From the NCBI RefSeq assembly GCF_963921235.1, contig NC_086108.1:45200001-45264000 (forward strand): DNA of 64,000 bases, read 5' to 3'. The DNA comes from Mobula hypostoma (lineage: Eukaryota). This document shows positions 37,058 through 49,327 of the stretch, one piece after another; the first letter of the stretch is position 1; each line of letters opens with the position of its first letter. The position numbers and the translations under genes were made by a program. A model generated the notes under the pieces. The model ran no database searches, had not been told where the DNA came from, and worked only from the letters and a program-made list of their open reading frames with translations.

Positions 37058-37367
37058 AGTGTAAATGGGAGCCCACTTCCAAATAGTGCAGACACCTCAC
37101 TCGGTACGGGATATCATGTAAACAGACAGGTGAACCCGGATCATCGTACCACTACTGTCTGCAAGAACAAGAGACTGCGAGTTGCCACTTGGAATGTTCG
37201 AACCCTGCACCAAGCTGTAAGCTAGAAAACGTAACATTAGAAATTAAGAGGCTAGAAGTCAGCATCCTAGGCCTAAGTGAAATAAGATGGAAAGGCACTG
37301 GAGTATTCCAATCAGACGACTACAGGATGATATACTCTGGTGGAGGTAAACATGAAAAGGGTTTTGC

Positions 37368-40300
37368 TGTGGCGACCCACTTCCCAGCGCACATGAACCG
37401 GCTCATGAAACAGCGCGTGCCGGCAGAGAGGCCGGCCCCAAAAAGGGTGCCAGGCCATCTTCACCAACAGGGGGAAAATCCCTCGCGCGGAAAGGGTCTG
37501 CAAATATGCATTCCCCACAGCAGTCCTGCCTGGGGAGGGCGGGAACAGGAAGCCTTTAAAGGAGGCTGCGAAGTTTGAATAAATCTCTTTTATCGCAACT
37601 CCAACTCACCGACTACGTGTCGTTATTCTAGCGCTGTGTGTAGCACACCGCTACACTTGGTGATCCCGACGGCCCAAACGATATTTGGACCAGAGATAAC
37701 CAACGCCGCATCTGTTCGCGCAGTTTTGTTAAAACTGCCAAGCTTCTGGACGCTGCGACCTCGTCTGTGGTTCGAACAAGCAGAACCCCAATTCCACATT
37801 CAGCAGATAACCTCGGATTCCATTCATTACTACTATGTGGTGAGCTCCCTCGACCAGGAGACAGCTGCACAAGTTGAGGAGTTTATACAGTCGCCCCGGG
37901 AGGACGGCAAATACACAGCATTCAAAGCCGTGCTCATAAGGACTTTTGAACTTTCACGGCGCGAGCAAGCTGCCTGCTTACTGCACCTGGATGGTTTGGG
38001 AGACAGGCCGCCGTCAGCATTAATGAACGAAATGCTGGCCCTGGCTGAAGGACACAAACCCTGCCTTATGTTTGAGCAGGCGTTCCTAGAGCAACTGCCC
38101 GAGGACATATGCCTACTGCTGTCCGACGCAGATTTCAGCAACCCCCGGAAGGTGGTGGCCTGGGCAGATGTGCTGTGGAATGCCAAGAAGGAGTGGGGTG
38201 CCCGTCGCACAGATCACCAAGCCACGTGCCCAACGACAGACCAGACCAGGCCCGGTAGCAGAGCCTACATAACCCGGCAATGGGAGTGAGGAGCCCAACG
38301 AACAATGGTGTTTCTACCACCAGTGGTGGGGCATGGAGGCCCGCCGCTGCAGACCGCCCTGCAAATTCCCGGGAAACGCCACGGCCAGCCGCCGCTGATG
38401 GCTACGGCGGCTGGCCATCAGGACAGCCTCCTGTATGTCTGGGACAAGCAGCTGGGACGCCGCATTTTGGTCGACACTGGAGCGGAGATCAGCGTCTTAC
38501 CTCCAACAAGTTACGACACCCGGAACAGAGAACCGGGACCCACGTTGAGGGCCGCTAATGGCAGCACAATACGAACCTACGGCACCCGCACGGTGCGGCT
38601 ACAGTTCAGCTCCAGCCGGTTCACATGGGACTTCACACTGGCCGCCGTGGCCCAACCACTCCTGGGGGCAGATTTTCTGCGAGCTCACAACCTGCTGGTC
38701 GACTTGCAAGGGAAGTGACTAGTCCATGCCAAGACTTTTCAAACGTTCTCCCTGGGTGAAGCCAAGTTGCCAACCCCACACCTGGACTCCATCACACTGT
38801 CCGATGACGAATTCACCAGGGTCCTGGCGGATTTCCCATCAGTTCTGACACCGCAGTTCACGGCAGCCATGCCCAGACACGGAGTACAGCACCACATCCC
38901 GACCCAGGGACCACCCCTCCACGCTCGTGCTCGAAGGCTTCCCCTGGACAAGCTCCGACTGACGAAAGAGGAGTTCAAGAAGATGGAGGAATTGGGGATC
39001 ATACAACGGTCCGACAGCCCATGGGCCTCCCCCTGCACATGGTGCCCAAGGCAACGAGGGGCTAGAGACCATGTGGCGACTACCACAGACTGAACGAGGC
39101 TACAACGCCAGACCGCTACCCTGTGCCGCACACTCAAGACTTTGCAGCAAACCTACATGGCGCAAGGATCTCTTCCAAGGTAGACCTCGTCCGAGGATAC
39201 CATCAAATCCAGGTACATCTGGACGACATCCCCAAAACAGCACTCATCACCCTGTTCGGCCTTTCGAATTCCTCTGAATGCCGCGCAGACGTTTCAGCGG
39301 CTAATGGACGCGGTGGGACGCGACCTGGACTTTGCATTCATCTATTTGGACGACATCCTCATAGCCAGCAGTAGTCGTCAGGAGCATCTGTCCCACCTCC
39401 GCCAGCTCTACTCCCGCCTGAGTGAATTTGGCCTTACAACCAACCCGGCCAAATGCCAGTTCAGACTCGACACCATCGACTTCCTGGGCCACAGGATTAC
39501 TAAAGACGGGGCAACCTCTCTGCCCACCAAGGTAGACAGGGTCCGCCACTTTCCCCGTCCCAACACAGTCAAAGGCCTGCAGGAATTCGTGGGTATGGTG
39601 AATTTCTACCACCACTTCCTCCCCTCAGCAGCCCGAATCATGCGCCCCCATTCACTCTGATGTCGGGTATGGGCAAGGACATTACCTGGGATGAAGAGGC
39701 CGTGGCCACTTTCGTTAAAACCAAACAAGCCTTGGCAAACGCCGTGATGCTAGTGCACCCCAGAACAGTCGCTCCTACTGCCCTCACGGTGGACGCATCC
39801 AACCCAGCAGTCGATGGAGTGCTGGAACAACTCATTGAGGGTCGCTGGCAACCCCTGGCGTTCTTCAGCAAACACCTACGACCACCTGAACTCAAATACA
39901 GTGCTTTCGACTGGGAGCTATTGACACTATACCTGGCAATCTGGCATTTCAGGTACTCCTTAGAAGGTAGGCCCTTCATCGCATTTACGGACCACAAACC
40001 GCTTACCTTTGCGTTCACTAAGGTGTCCGACCCCTGGTCGTCCCGCCAGCAGCGACATCTGTCCTACATCTCCAAATACACAACGGGCATCCGGCATGTC
40101 TTGGGAAAGGACAACGTCGTGATGGACGCACTATCCAGACCTACCATACAGGCCCTGTCCCAGGGGGTGGACTATGCAGCACTGGCGGAGGCACAGCAGG
40201 CAGACGATGAGATCCCTAGTTACAGGACTGCGGTCTCCGGTTTGCAGCTCCAAGACCTCCCCGTAGGCCTATGTGAGAGGACCCTACTGTGTGACATAGC

Positions 40301-41726
40301 TACCGGCCAACCTCGCCCCGTCGTCCCAGCAGCCTGGCGCCGGCGGGTTTTCGAGTCCATTCACAACTTAGCGCACCCCTCCATCAGGACAACCGTCCAG
40401 CTGGTCTCCAACAGATTAGTGTGGCATGGGCTGCGTAAACAGGTCAGTGAATGGGCCAAAACGTGCATGCAGTGCCAAACGGCCAAGGTGCAGTGGCACA
40501 CCAAGGCTCCGCTGCAGCAGTTCGAACCCACCCGCCGGAGGTTCGACCACATTCATGTGGATATCGTGGGGCCCCTGCCAGTGTCATGAGGAGCGTGGTA
40601 CCTCCTAACTATGATAGACCGGTTCACCAGATGGCCAGAGGCGGTCCCGCTCACCGACACCACCTCCGAATCCTGTGCCCGAGCACTGATCGCAACCTGG
40701 GTAGCCCACTTCAGGGTATCAGCCCACATTACATCTGACAAGGGCGCCCAGTTCACCTCCAGTCTGTGGTCGGCTATGGCCAGCCTTTTAGGATCGCAGC
40801 TACACCATACAACTGCCTGCCACCCACAGTCGAACAGACTAGTACAGAGTTTCCACCGTCACCTGAAGTCGGCTCTCATGGCCCGCCTGGAAGGGCCTAA
40901 CTGGGTGGACGAACTTCCCTGGGTCCTGCTCGGAATCCGCTCGGTGCCCAAGGAGGATCTGCGCACCTCGTCGGCCGAGTTGGTGTACGGCGCACCCCTG
41001 GTAGTCCCAGGACAGTTCATACCGGCCCCAAGGGGGCAAGAGGAGGAACCCGCAGCAGTCCTGGACAGACTACAGGAGAGGCTCGGTAACCTGGCCCCCA
41101 TACCCACTTCACAGCATGGACAGAGCCCAACCTGCGTACCCAAAGACCTGCAGAACTGTAAGTTTCTTTTTGTACGACAGGGCGGACACCGGGCACCGCT
41201 ACAGTGGCCCTACGAGGGGCCGTTTAAGGTGATCAGGAACAACGGGTCCACATTCGTGCTGGACGTTGCGGGGGGAGAGGAGGTTTTCACAGTGGACCGA
41301 CTCAAACCGGCCCATGTGGACTTGTCGCAGCCAGTCCGGTCTCAGGCACCGCGGCGCAGGGGCAGACCTCCCAAACAGAGGCCGATCCAGACTGTGGACA
41401 TTGGGGGAGGTATCACCTGTTCTTGGGGGGGGGGGTTATGTGGTGACCCACTTTCCAGCGCACTTGAACTGGCTCACGAAACAGCACGCGCCGGCAGAGA
41501 GGCCGGCCCCAAAAAGGGCGCCAGGCCATCTTCACCAGCAGGGGGAAAATCCCGCTTGCGGAAAGGGTCTGCGAATATGCATTCCCCACAGCAGTCCCGC
41601 CCGTGGAGGGTGGGAACGGGAAGGCTTTAAAGGAGGCTGCGAAGTTTGAATAAATCTCTTTTATCGCAACTCCAACTCACCGACTACGTGTCGTTATTCT
41701 AGCGCTGTGTGTAGCACACCGCTACA
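37368..41726 (+). mobile_element. Full-length, decayed Ty3/Gypsy LTR retrotransposon
   Basis: 288-bp LTRs at 37368-37655 and 41439-41726 (TGT...ACA, with AATAAA). PBS TGGTGATCCCGACG, tRNA-Trp-like, at 37658-37671. G-run PPT at 41425-41435. Domain order is gag (KLPSFW..RPRLWFEQAE), PR (LVDTGA), RT (YLDD), RNase H (VDAS, TDHKPL), INT (HNLAHP..C..C, HVDIVGPLP, GPF). Several frameshifts and stops. Confidence 0.96.
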
Positions 41727-42322
41727 TTTTAATCATTTTAGACAAAGAAACATTCAAGAGCCTGCTAGCATACTGGCATATCTCAAACAGAGTGATGCTA
41801 ATCAAACTAAAAGGACAACAAAACAACATCTCTATCATCCAAGTATACGCACCCCCAATGGGAAGCTCAGAGGAAGAAATTGATGCCTTCTACCACTCTC
41901 TAGACAAAGCACTAGAAGAATGCAAATCACAAGAAGCCATCATAGTCATGGGCGACTTCAATGCAAAAGTTGGTGAGGGAAGAGAAGACCATATTGTTGG
42001 AGACCAGGGACTGGGAGAAGGAAATGAAAGAGGAGAATAGCTTATGTCATGGTGTAAAACAAACAATCAGATAATCACCAACACTTGGTTTAAACAACAT
42101 CCAAGAAGGAAATGGACATGGAGAAGCCCAGATGGGAACAACAAAAATCAAATCGACTACATAACAATCAATAACAGTAAAATCAATAACCTGTAAAAAA
42201 AAGGGTTACCAAGCAATTTTAAGAAGTCCTTGTATTGCTTGTTTTCCTCCTCCTCTTAATCTTTGCTGTAACTTGGGTATCAGTAACGGCCAGAAAACAC
42301 TCGGAGCTACCCATAACAAAGA

Positions 42323-42700
42323 ATCAGGATCAGGTTTACGTATGGTGTGATGTTTGTTGTTTTGTAGCAGCAAGAAATTACTGTAAGTTACAGTAATAAG
42401 TATATTAAAAATAAATAGTGCAATAAGAGTGCAAAATAGTGAAATAATTTTGTAGGTTCATGGACCATTAAAAAATCTGATGGCAGAGGGGAAGAAGTTG
42501 TTCCTAAGATGTTAAGTGTGGCTCCTGCCTCCTCCCTGATAGTAGTAATGGGAAGAGGGCATGTCCTGGGTAATAAGGACCCAGCAAGATGGATGCGTCT
42601 TTTTGTGGCACCAACTTTTGAAAATATCATTGATCATGAGGAAGCTGATGACCATGGTGAAACTAGCTGAGCCTGCAGCTTTCTGCAGCTTTTTTTTATC
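42323..42700 (-). mobile_element. Rex1-type LINE 3' fragment
   Basis: AATCAGGATCAGGTTTA tail, and a body like other copies (DIFKSWCHKK). Confidence 0.6.
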
Positions 42701-42899
42701 ACACACATTGGCTACTAAGGCTACCGAGATTGCCAGCTGTTCAATAGTTGGCATCACATCCTTGTTGAAAGCCCATCTTTATAAGCAAACACGTATTTGC
42801 TAGAGTCAATGGATTACAAGGGGAATTCTGAGTAAATTATTTACTCCCTATTGAGAACAGGTGAGAGGCAGCTAAAGCCACTTGTCCCTTTGCGTACGT

Positions 42900-43404
42900 G
42901 CCAATTTTTTTTCCACAAATCGGTTTTGGCTTATTTTTCCTGACTACACTGTACATACATTATTTCTACTTTATAAAGGCTGTGTATTTATATCATTCCT
43001 GCTTTTACTATACGTTACTGTTATTTTAGGTTTTATGTGTTATTTGGTATGATTTGGTAGGTTATTTTTTGGGTCTGGGAACACTTAAAAATTTTTCCCA
43101 TATAAATTAATGGTAATTGCTTCTTCACTTTACGCCATTTTGGCACGAACGGTTTCATAGGAACGCCCTACCTTAGCGGGGGAAATACGGGACAAGGGCG
43201 GTCCCGTATGGGACAAACCAATTTAGTCCAATATACGGGATGTCCCGGCCAATACGGGACAGTTGGCAACCCTATGTTCAAGTTCAACAGTGCGTGAGAG
43301 GGAATGAGGAAAGCTGCAGCTGACTCATATCGTTTCCTCATGGCCCGATAGCACATACTTTGCAGCCCAGTACCAGTCCGTGGCCTGGTGGTTGGGGACC
43401 GTTG
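42900..43404. mobile_element. Chimeric DNA-transposon remnant (hAT-like ends)
   Basis: Contains GGGACAGTTGGCAACCCTA (reverse of a TAGGGTTGCCA-type hAT terminus) with repeated TACGGGA subterminal motifs. A Charlie-like end ...GGTTGGGGACCGTTG follows. No left end was found. Confidence 0.5.
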
Positions 43405-44246
43405 GTCTAGTTAATGAAGATTACTATCTGCTTTGCTGAACTGAGACTTTATTGGCATGGAATGCTATCCAAAGTGTCAGAAAGAGATGAATAATCTGGG
43501 TATGAATGAATAATCTGGGTATTGTGAGAGAAATGATTAGGATCTGAACAAGTCATTAACTTTGACTGAGTAAGCAAATTCTGATAAATGACAGAAGAAA
43601 AACAGGTATTTTGAGTGTTAAACTGTGAGGGTGAATAATATATTTTTAATTGTTTTGAATTATTACCAAATGGAAAGTGGAGTTATGACTGGCAGAAATG
43701 TAATGTAATGAAATGTAATATCACTTACAGCTTGACAACTTACTTTTCTTCATGTTTTCTTAGTTTGTTGTCTGGAGTCTGACCTGAGTCAAAAGCAAAG
43801 AAATTAGCAAAGAGAGTTCCTTTGTTTGAATGCAGCATTCTTCTAGTCATGAACAAAGGAAGAAAATATGCACCCAACACCATGGTTTAGGAGTGCATTT
43901 CCATAGATAATGAATTTAGTTGATGAAGCATATAGTGTACTAGTACAGAATACTGATGAGGTTGTATGTTGGAAGATTAACTGCATAAATATTTACAATT
44001 GAATGTGGATGCTTCTGCTGCCTATTAATAGGTTTATTCTTCTAGCGTTAAGGACTACTTGATTTGGATTTCTGCTTGCAGAGCACCAACTCCATTCTAT
44101 TTCCCTTACCTTTGGAGTTTCAATACATGGAATTGAATTTGCATTGAAAAAGAGACTGTATTTGCCACCTTCTCCCAGCACAAAGCCACTTTTTTTTATT
44201 AGGCAGATTCCAGAAATTTTTCTAATCAATATTGTGTATAGCGTAA

Positions 44247-47200
44247 GTAGAATCATAGAATCCTACAGAACAGAACCAGACCCTTCAGCCTATTTAATCC
44301 ATACTGAACCATTAATCTTCCTCGTCCCATTAACCTGCACCCAGACCATATCCCTCCATATCCCACTCATCCATGTATCTATCCAAATTTCTCTTGTATT
44401 GAAATCAAACCTGCATCCACCAATTGCACTAGCAACTCATTTAACACTCTGATCACCCTCTGAGTGAAGAAACTCTCCCTCGTGTTTCTCTTAAAGATTT
44501 CATCTTTCACCCTTAACCCATGACCTCTAGTTATAGTCCCGCCCAACCTCAATGGAAAAAGCCTGCTTGCATTTACCCTATCTATATCGCTCAAAATTTT
44601 GTGTACCTCTATCAAATCTTCCCTCAGTCTTCTGCATTCTAGGGAGTAAAGTCCTATTCTATTCAATCTTTCCCTGTAATTCAATCTTCAAATCCTGGCA
44701 ATATCCTTGTTAATATTCTCTGCATTCTATTAACCTTATTTGCATCTTTCCTGCAGTTTTGTAACCAAAACTGGACACGATACTCCAATTTAGGCCTCAC
44801 CAATATCATATACAATTTCAACATAACATCCCAACTTTTGTACTCAGTACATTGATTTATGAAGGCTAATGTGCCAAAAACTTTCTTTACAACCTTATCT
44901 ACCTGTGACACCACTTTCAAGGAACTATGGACCAATATTCCCAGACCCTCTGTTCTGCTACAATCCTCAGTGCCCTACTGCTCACTGTGTAAGACCAACC
45001 CTGGTTGATCCTCCCAGAGTACAACACCTCGTACTTGTCTGCATTAAATTCCTTCTGCCATTTTCCAGCCCAATTCACCAGCTGGTCCAGATCCTGCTGC
45101 AAGCATCAATAGTCTTCCTCGCTGTCCACTACACCTTTAATCTTGGTGTCAACTGTAAATTTGCTGAACTTGTTTACCACAATATCATCCAGATCGTTAA
45201 TATAAATGACATACAACAACGGACTCAGCACTGATCCCTGAAGTACATCACTAGTCACAGGCTTCCAGTCAAAGAGGCAACCACTCTCTCTGGCTTCAGC
45301 TGCAAAGCCAACATCTAATCTAATTTACTACCTCATCTTGAATGGCAAGTGACTGAACATTACTGACCACCCTCCCATGCCTTGCTAAAGTTCACGTAGA
45401 CAACATCCACTGCCTTGCCTTCATCAACTTTCCTGATAACTTCCTCGAAAAACTCTAAAAGATTTGTTAGACATGACTTGCCAATCACAAAGCCATGCTG
45501 ACTAACCCTAATCAGTCTTTGCCTGTCCAAATACTTATATATCCGGTCCCTTAGAATACCTCCCAATAACTTTCCCACTACTAATGTCAGGTACACTGGC
45601 CTATAACTTCTTGGCTTACTGTTGGAGCCTTTCTTAAACAATGGAACATTAGCTATCCTCCAATCCTTTGGCACCTTACCCGTGGCTAAAGATGTTTTAA
45701 ATATCTTTGCTAAGGGCCCCGTAATTTCTGAATTAGCCTCCCACAGGGTCCAAGGGAACACTTTGTCAGGCCCTGAGGATTTATCCACTCTAATTTGTTT
45801 CAAGACAACAAACACCTTCTCCTCTGTAATCTGTATAGGAGATCTAAAACCTCCTCCTCTTTAATGAGTATCTATGATCTTGCTGCTGTTTTGCCTGTCA
45901 TTTATAGACTCTGTGTTCATCTCCCCAGTTGTAAAAAATTCATTTAAGATCTCCCCCATCTCTTTCAGCTCCATACATAGATTGCCACCCTGATCTATCA
46001 GAGGACCTAATTTGCCACTTGCTATCCATTTGCTTTTCAAATACAGTACTGTGCAAATGTCTTAGGCATGTAAATAAAGTCAGGGTGCTAAGACTTTTGC
46101 ACAGTACAGTCAGAATTCTATGTATTGCACTGTTCTGCTTCTGTTTTTTAAAAAAACCCAAATTTCATGACATGTGAGTGATGATAAACCTGATTCTGAT
46201 ATGAGTATCTGTTGTGGACTGAGACTAGGAAGCGGGCAGGGAGAGGGAAATCATTGTTGGGAAAATGAGAAGGGAAAGGGGAGGGAATGGGAAGCACCTG
46301 AGAGACATTCTATAATGATCAATAAACCAATTGTTTGGAATCAAGGTGTCTCGGGCTGGGCGTGTTTGCACCCAGGCCACCCCTCCTTCTCTGGCACTCC
46401 TTCTTTGCCACATGTCCCACACCACTCCTGCAGCGCTCCACCCTCGCTATTCCCAACATCCTTTGTTCCCGCCAGATTTACAAACTTGATCTCTGCTCCA
46501 CATTGACATATATAGTATTGTGCATCCTAACTATAAATACATGCCTAAGACTTTTGCACAGTACTGTATCTGTAAGCATCTGCTTCTTTTTCTTAACCAG
46601 GGTCTCAATATTTTTGCAAACCAAAGTCCTTAAACCTGTTATCCTTGCCTTTTATTCTGAGAGAAACATACAAACTCTGTACTCTCAAAATTTCACTTTT
46701 GAAGGCTTCCTACTCACCAAGTACACTTTTACCAGAAAACAACCTGTCCCAATCTACACTTGCCAGATCCTTTCTGACACCATCAAAACTGGCCTTTCCC
46801 CATTTTAGAATCTCAACCCGAGAACCAGACCTATCCTTTTCCATAACTACCTTGAAACTAATGGCCTTATGATTACTAGATGCAAAGTGTTCCCCACACA
46901 AACTTCTATCACCTGCCCTATCTCATTAGCTAATAGATGTAATATCGCTCTCTCTCTATTTGAGACTTCCATGCATTGATTACAGAAACTTTCCTGAGCA
47001 CATTTGACAAACTCTTTCCCATCCAGCCCTTGTACAATATGGAAGTCCCAGTCCATATGTGGAAAGTTAAAATGATCAACTATCTCAACCTTAGGTTTCT
47101 TGTGACAATCTGCGATTTCTCTACAAATTTGCTCATGGACTACTGGGTATTCTATAATATAATACAATTAACGTGGTTATATCTTTCTTATTCCTCAGTT

Positions 47201-48640
47201 CTACCCGTAAAGCCTCACTAGGGGAGCTCTCTAGTCTGTTCTGACCAAGCACTGCTGTGAGGTTTTCCCTGACTAGTAATATTACCCCCCCCCCCACCTT
47301 AATCCCTTCCCTTCTATCACATCTAAAGTAACAGAACCCTGGAACACTGAGCTGCCAGTCCTGCCCCTCCTGCAAGCAAGTCTCCCTAATGGTTACAATG
47401 TTGTAATTCCACGTGCTGATCCATGCCTTAAGCTCATCTGTATTTCCTACAATATTGCCTGCATTGAAATATACTCAGCTCAGAACATTAGTCCCATCAC
47501 GCTCGACATTTTGATTCCTGACTTTGTACGTAGGCAGTTTTTCCACAACCATCTGCTCTGGTGCTCTGGTTCCCATCCCCCTGCAACTCTGCAGTAAATA
47601 CCCTGCCCATGTGCCGCACTAGCAAACGTTCCCAGTAGGATATTAGTTCTCCCTCCAGTTTGGATGCGAACCACCCCTTCTGTACAGGTTCCTCCTTCCC
47701 TGGAAGAGAGCCCAATGATCCAAAAAATCTGAAGTCCTCCCTCCTGGATCAACTCCTTAATCACATGTTAAACTGTATGATTTTTCTATGTCTGGCTTCA
47801 CCAGTATGTGGCATGGGTAGCAATCTTGAGATCACAACCCTGGATGTCCTGTCGTTTAACTTAGCACCTAACATCTTGAACTCACTTTGCAGGACCTCTT
47901 CACCCCTACTACCCATGTTGTTGCTACCGACGTGGACCATGACCGCTGACTGCTCACTCTCCCACTTAAGAATGCTGTGGAGTCGATCCAAGATGTGTGT
48001 GTCCCTGGTGCCCGGGACGTAACAAGCCATCTGGGAATCTTATTCTCGTCCACAGTACCTCCTTTCTGTTCCCCTAACCAAAGAATCCCCAATCACCATA
48101 GCTCACCCCTTCTCCCCCCTTCCCCGGAGCCAGACTCGACTGCTGTGGCTGTCCTCTGCTAAGTCATTCCCCCCAATAGTATCCAAAGCAGTATACCTGT
48201 TGTTGAGGGGAATGTCCACAGGGATACTCTGCACTGGCTGCCTACCTCCTCTCCCGCCCCCCCCCCCAACGGTCACCCAGTAACCTATGTCCTGTGCCTT
48301 GGGTGTAACTACCTACCTGTATGTCTTATCCATCAACCCCTCAGTCTCCCGAATGATCAGGAGTTCATCTGATTCTAGCTCCATCACTTTAACATGGTCT
48401 TTTAGAAGCTGCAGCTGGATGCACCTTGCAGGTATAGCCATCAGGAACACTGGAAGTCTCCCTACCTTCCCACATTTCACAAGAGGAGCATTCCAATATC
48501 CTGTCTCACATCCCCACTGATCTAAATATGCAATAAGAAATAAAGAAAGAATAAATAATGAGAAACAAATCCACCTGTGGCCTATGCTCTCCTCGCTGAA
48601 GCCTCAATGAGCCAAAGCCTCAACTTCCCACTCTAACACT
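44247..48640 (-). mobile_element. Near full-length degraded CR1 LINE (SGNH-esterase-type ORF1 + ORF2)
   Basis: ORF1 remnants CYVPGTR, VHVGSNNMG and VVISRLLP. Endonuclease remnants PGFCYFRCDR and HFNFPHMDW. RT remnants SQHGFVIGKSCLTNLLEFFEE and VRPKLEY. The 3' end lies near 44250. Confidence 0.9.
46044..46566. mobile_element. Tc1/mariner-type MITE with TA TSD, inserted in the CR1
   Basis: TA|CAGTACTGTGCAAATGTCTTAGGCATGTA ... TACATGCCTAAGACTTTTGCACAGTACTG|TA, a 29-bp TIR with 1 mismatch. Confidence 0.85.
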
Positions 48641-49327
48641 AGCCCACTGACACTTTGGCCACTCCCACAATGGCCACTCCACTTAAACCTGACTTCTTTT
48701 TATTGGTCCTTGTGTAGTGCCTAATTATGTGCAATCCAGTGCCTCCTCGGGTCTGTGGCACATAACATGAGCAGACTGCTTTTGCTCGCTTCTTTTAAAC
48801 TTTCTCCCTCTATGCAACCCAATGTCTCCTAAGGACTGTGAGGAGCAAACTATGCAACTGCCCTCACTCGCTTCCTTTAAATTCTCTCTCCCCCTAAGCA
48901 ATCCGGTATCTCCTGGGGACTGTGGCATGCAAAATTCATTACAAGTATTGCATGACCTTCCATGACGCATTTTTTCTTACGCAAGTATTTTAATTATCTC
49001 AAAGAAATTGCATCCAACCACCAGATGGGTCAGGTACTGATAGCTACCTGATATAGTACTGAGGCTAACACTCGAAGGATTCAATCTCCTACAGTCCTGT
49101 TAACTGTTGTAAAGCAGGACTATGGATAAGTGCTAAGCTGGCTGTTTATGTTTACGTGGGCAGAGAAATTTTATAAAAATCATTCTGGTTTTTGGACTTA
49201 CTCATTTAATTTATTTTAGTAATAAGAAGAATGAATGGTGACAATATTTAAATGTTTTATTTCTTAGGGCAGTGAGATAAGGAAGTGGTCTAAGTTTGCA
49301 GATACATAATGTGGGTGGCAGAAAAAA

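Larger units (their letters stand above)
35744..42176 (-). mobile_element. RTE-clade LINE with inverted 5' segment; hosts two nested insertions
   Basis: The RT/C-terminus is on minus at 35744-~36747 (VRQGCVFLP, RYADD, YLGS, LTYGSECWT; AGAC tail). The 5' UTR and APE endonuclease are on plus at ~36748-37367 and 41727-42176 (ATWNVRTL, LGLSEIRW, IQVYAP, MGDFNAKVG, NQIDYI). 11-bp TSD GTAAAATCAAT at 35733-35743 and 42177-42187. Confidence 0.9.

Noticed and set aside
37368..41726. CpG island / host promoter or bacterial contamination
   Set aside because: The GC/CpG richness coincides exactly with the LTR element, which is cleanly nested in an RTE copy.
43487..43522. Short tandem duplication ATGAATAATCTGGGTAT x2
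   Set aside because: An ordinary local slippage duplication with no further structure.
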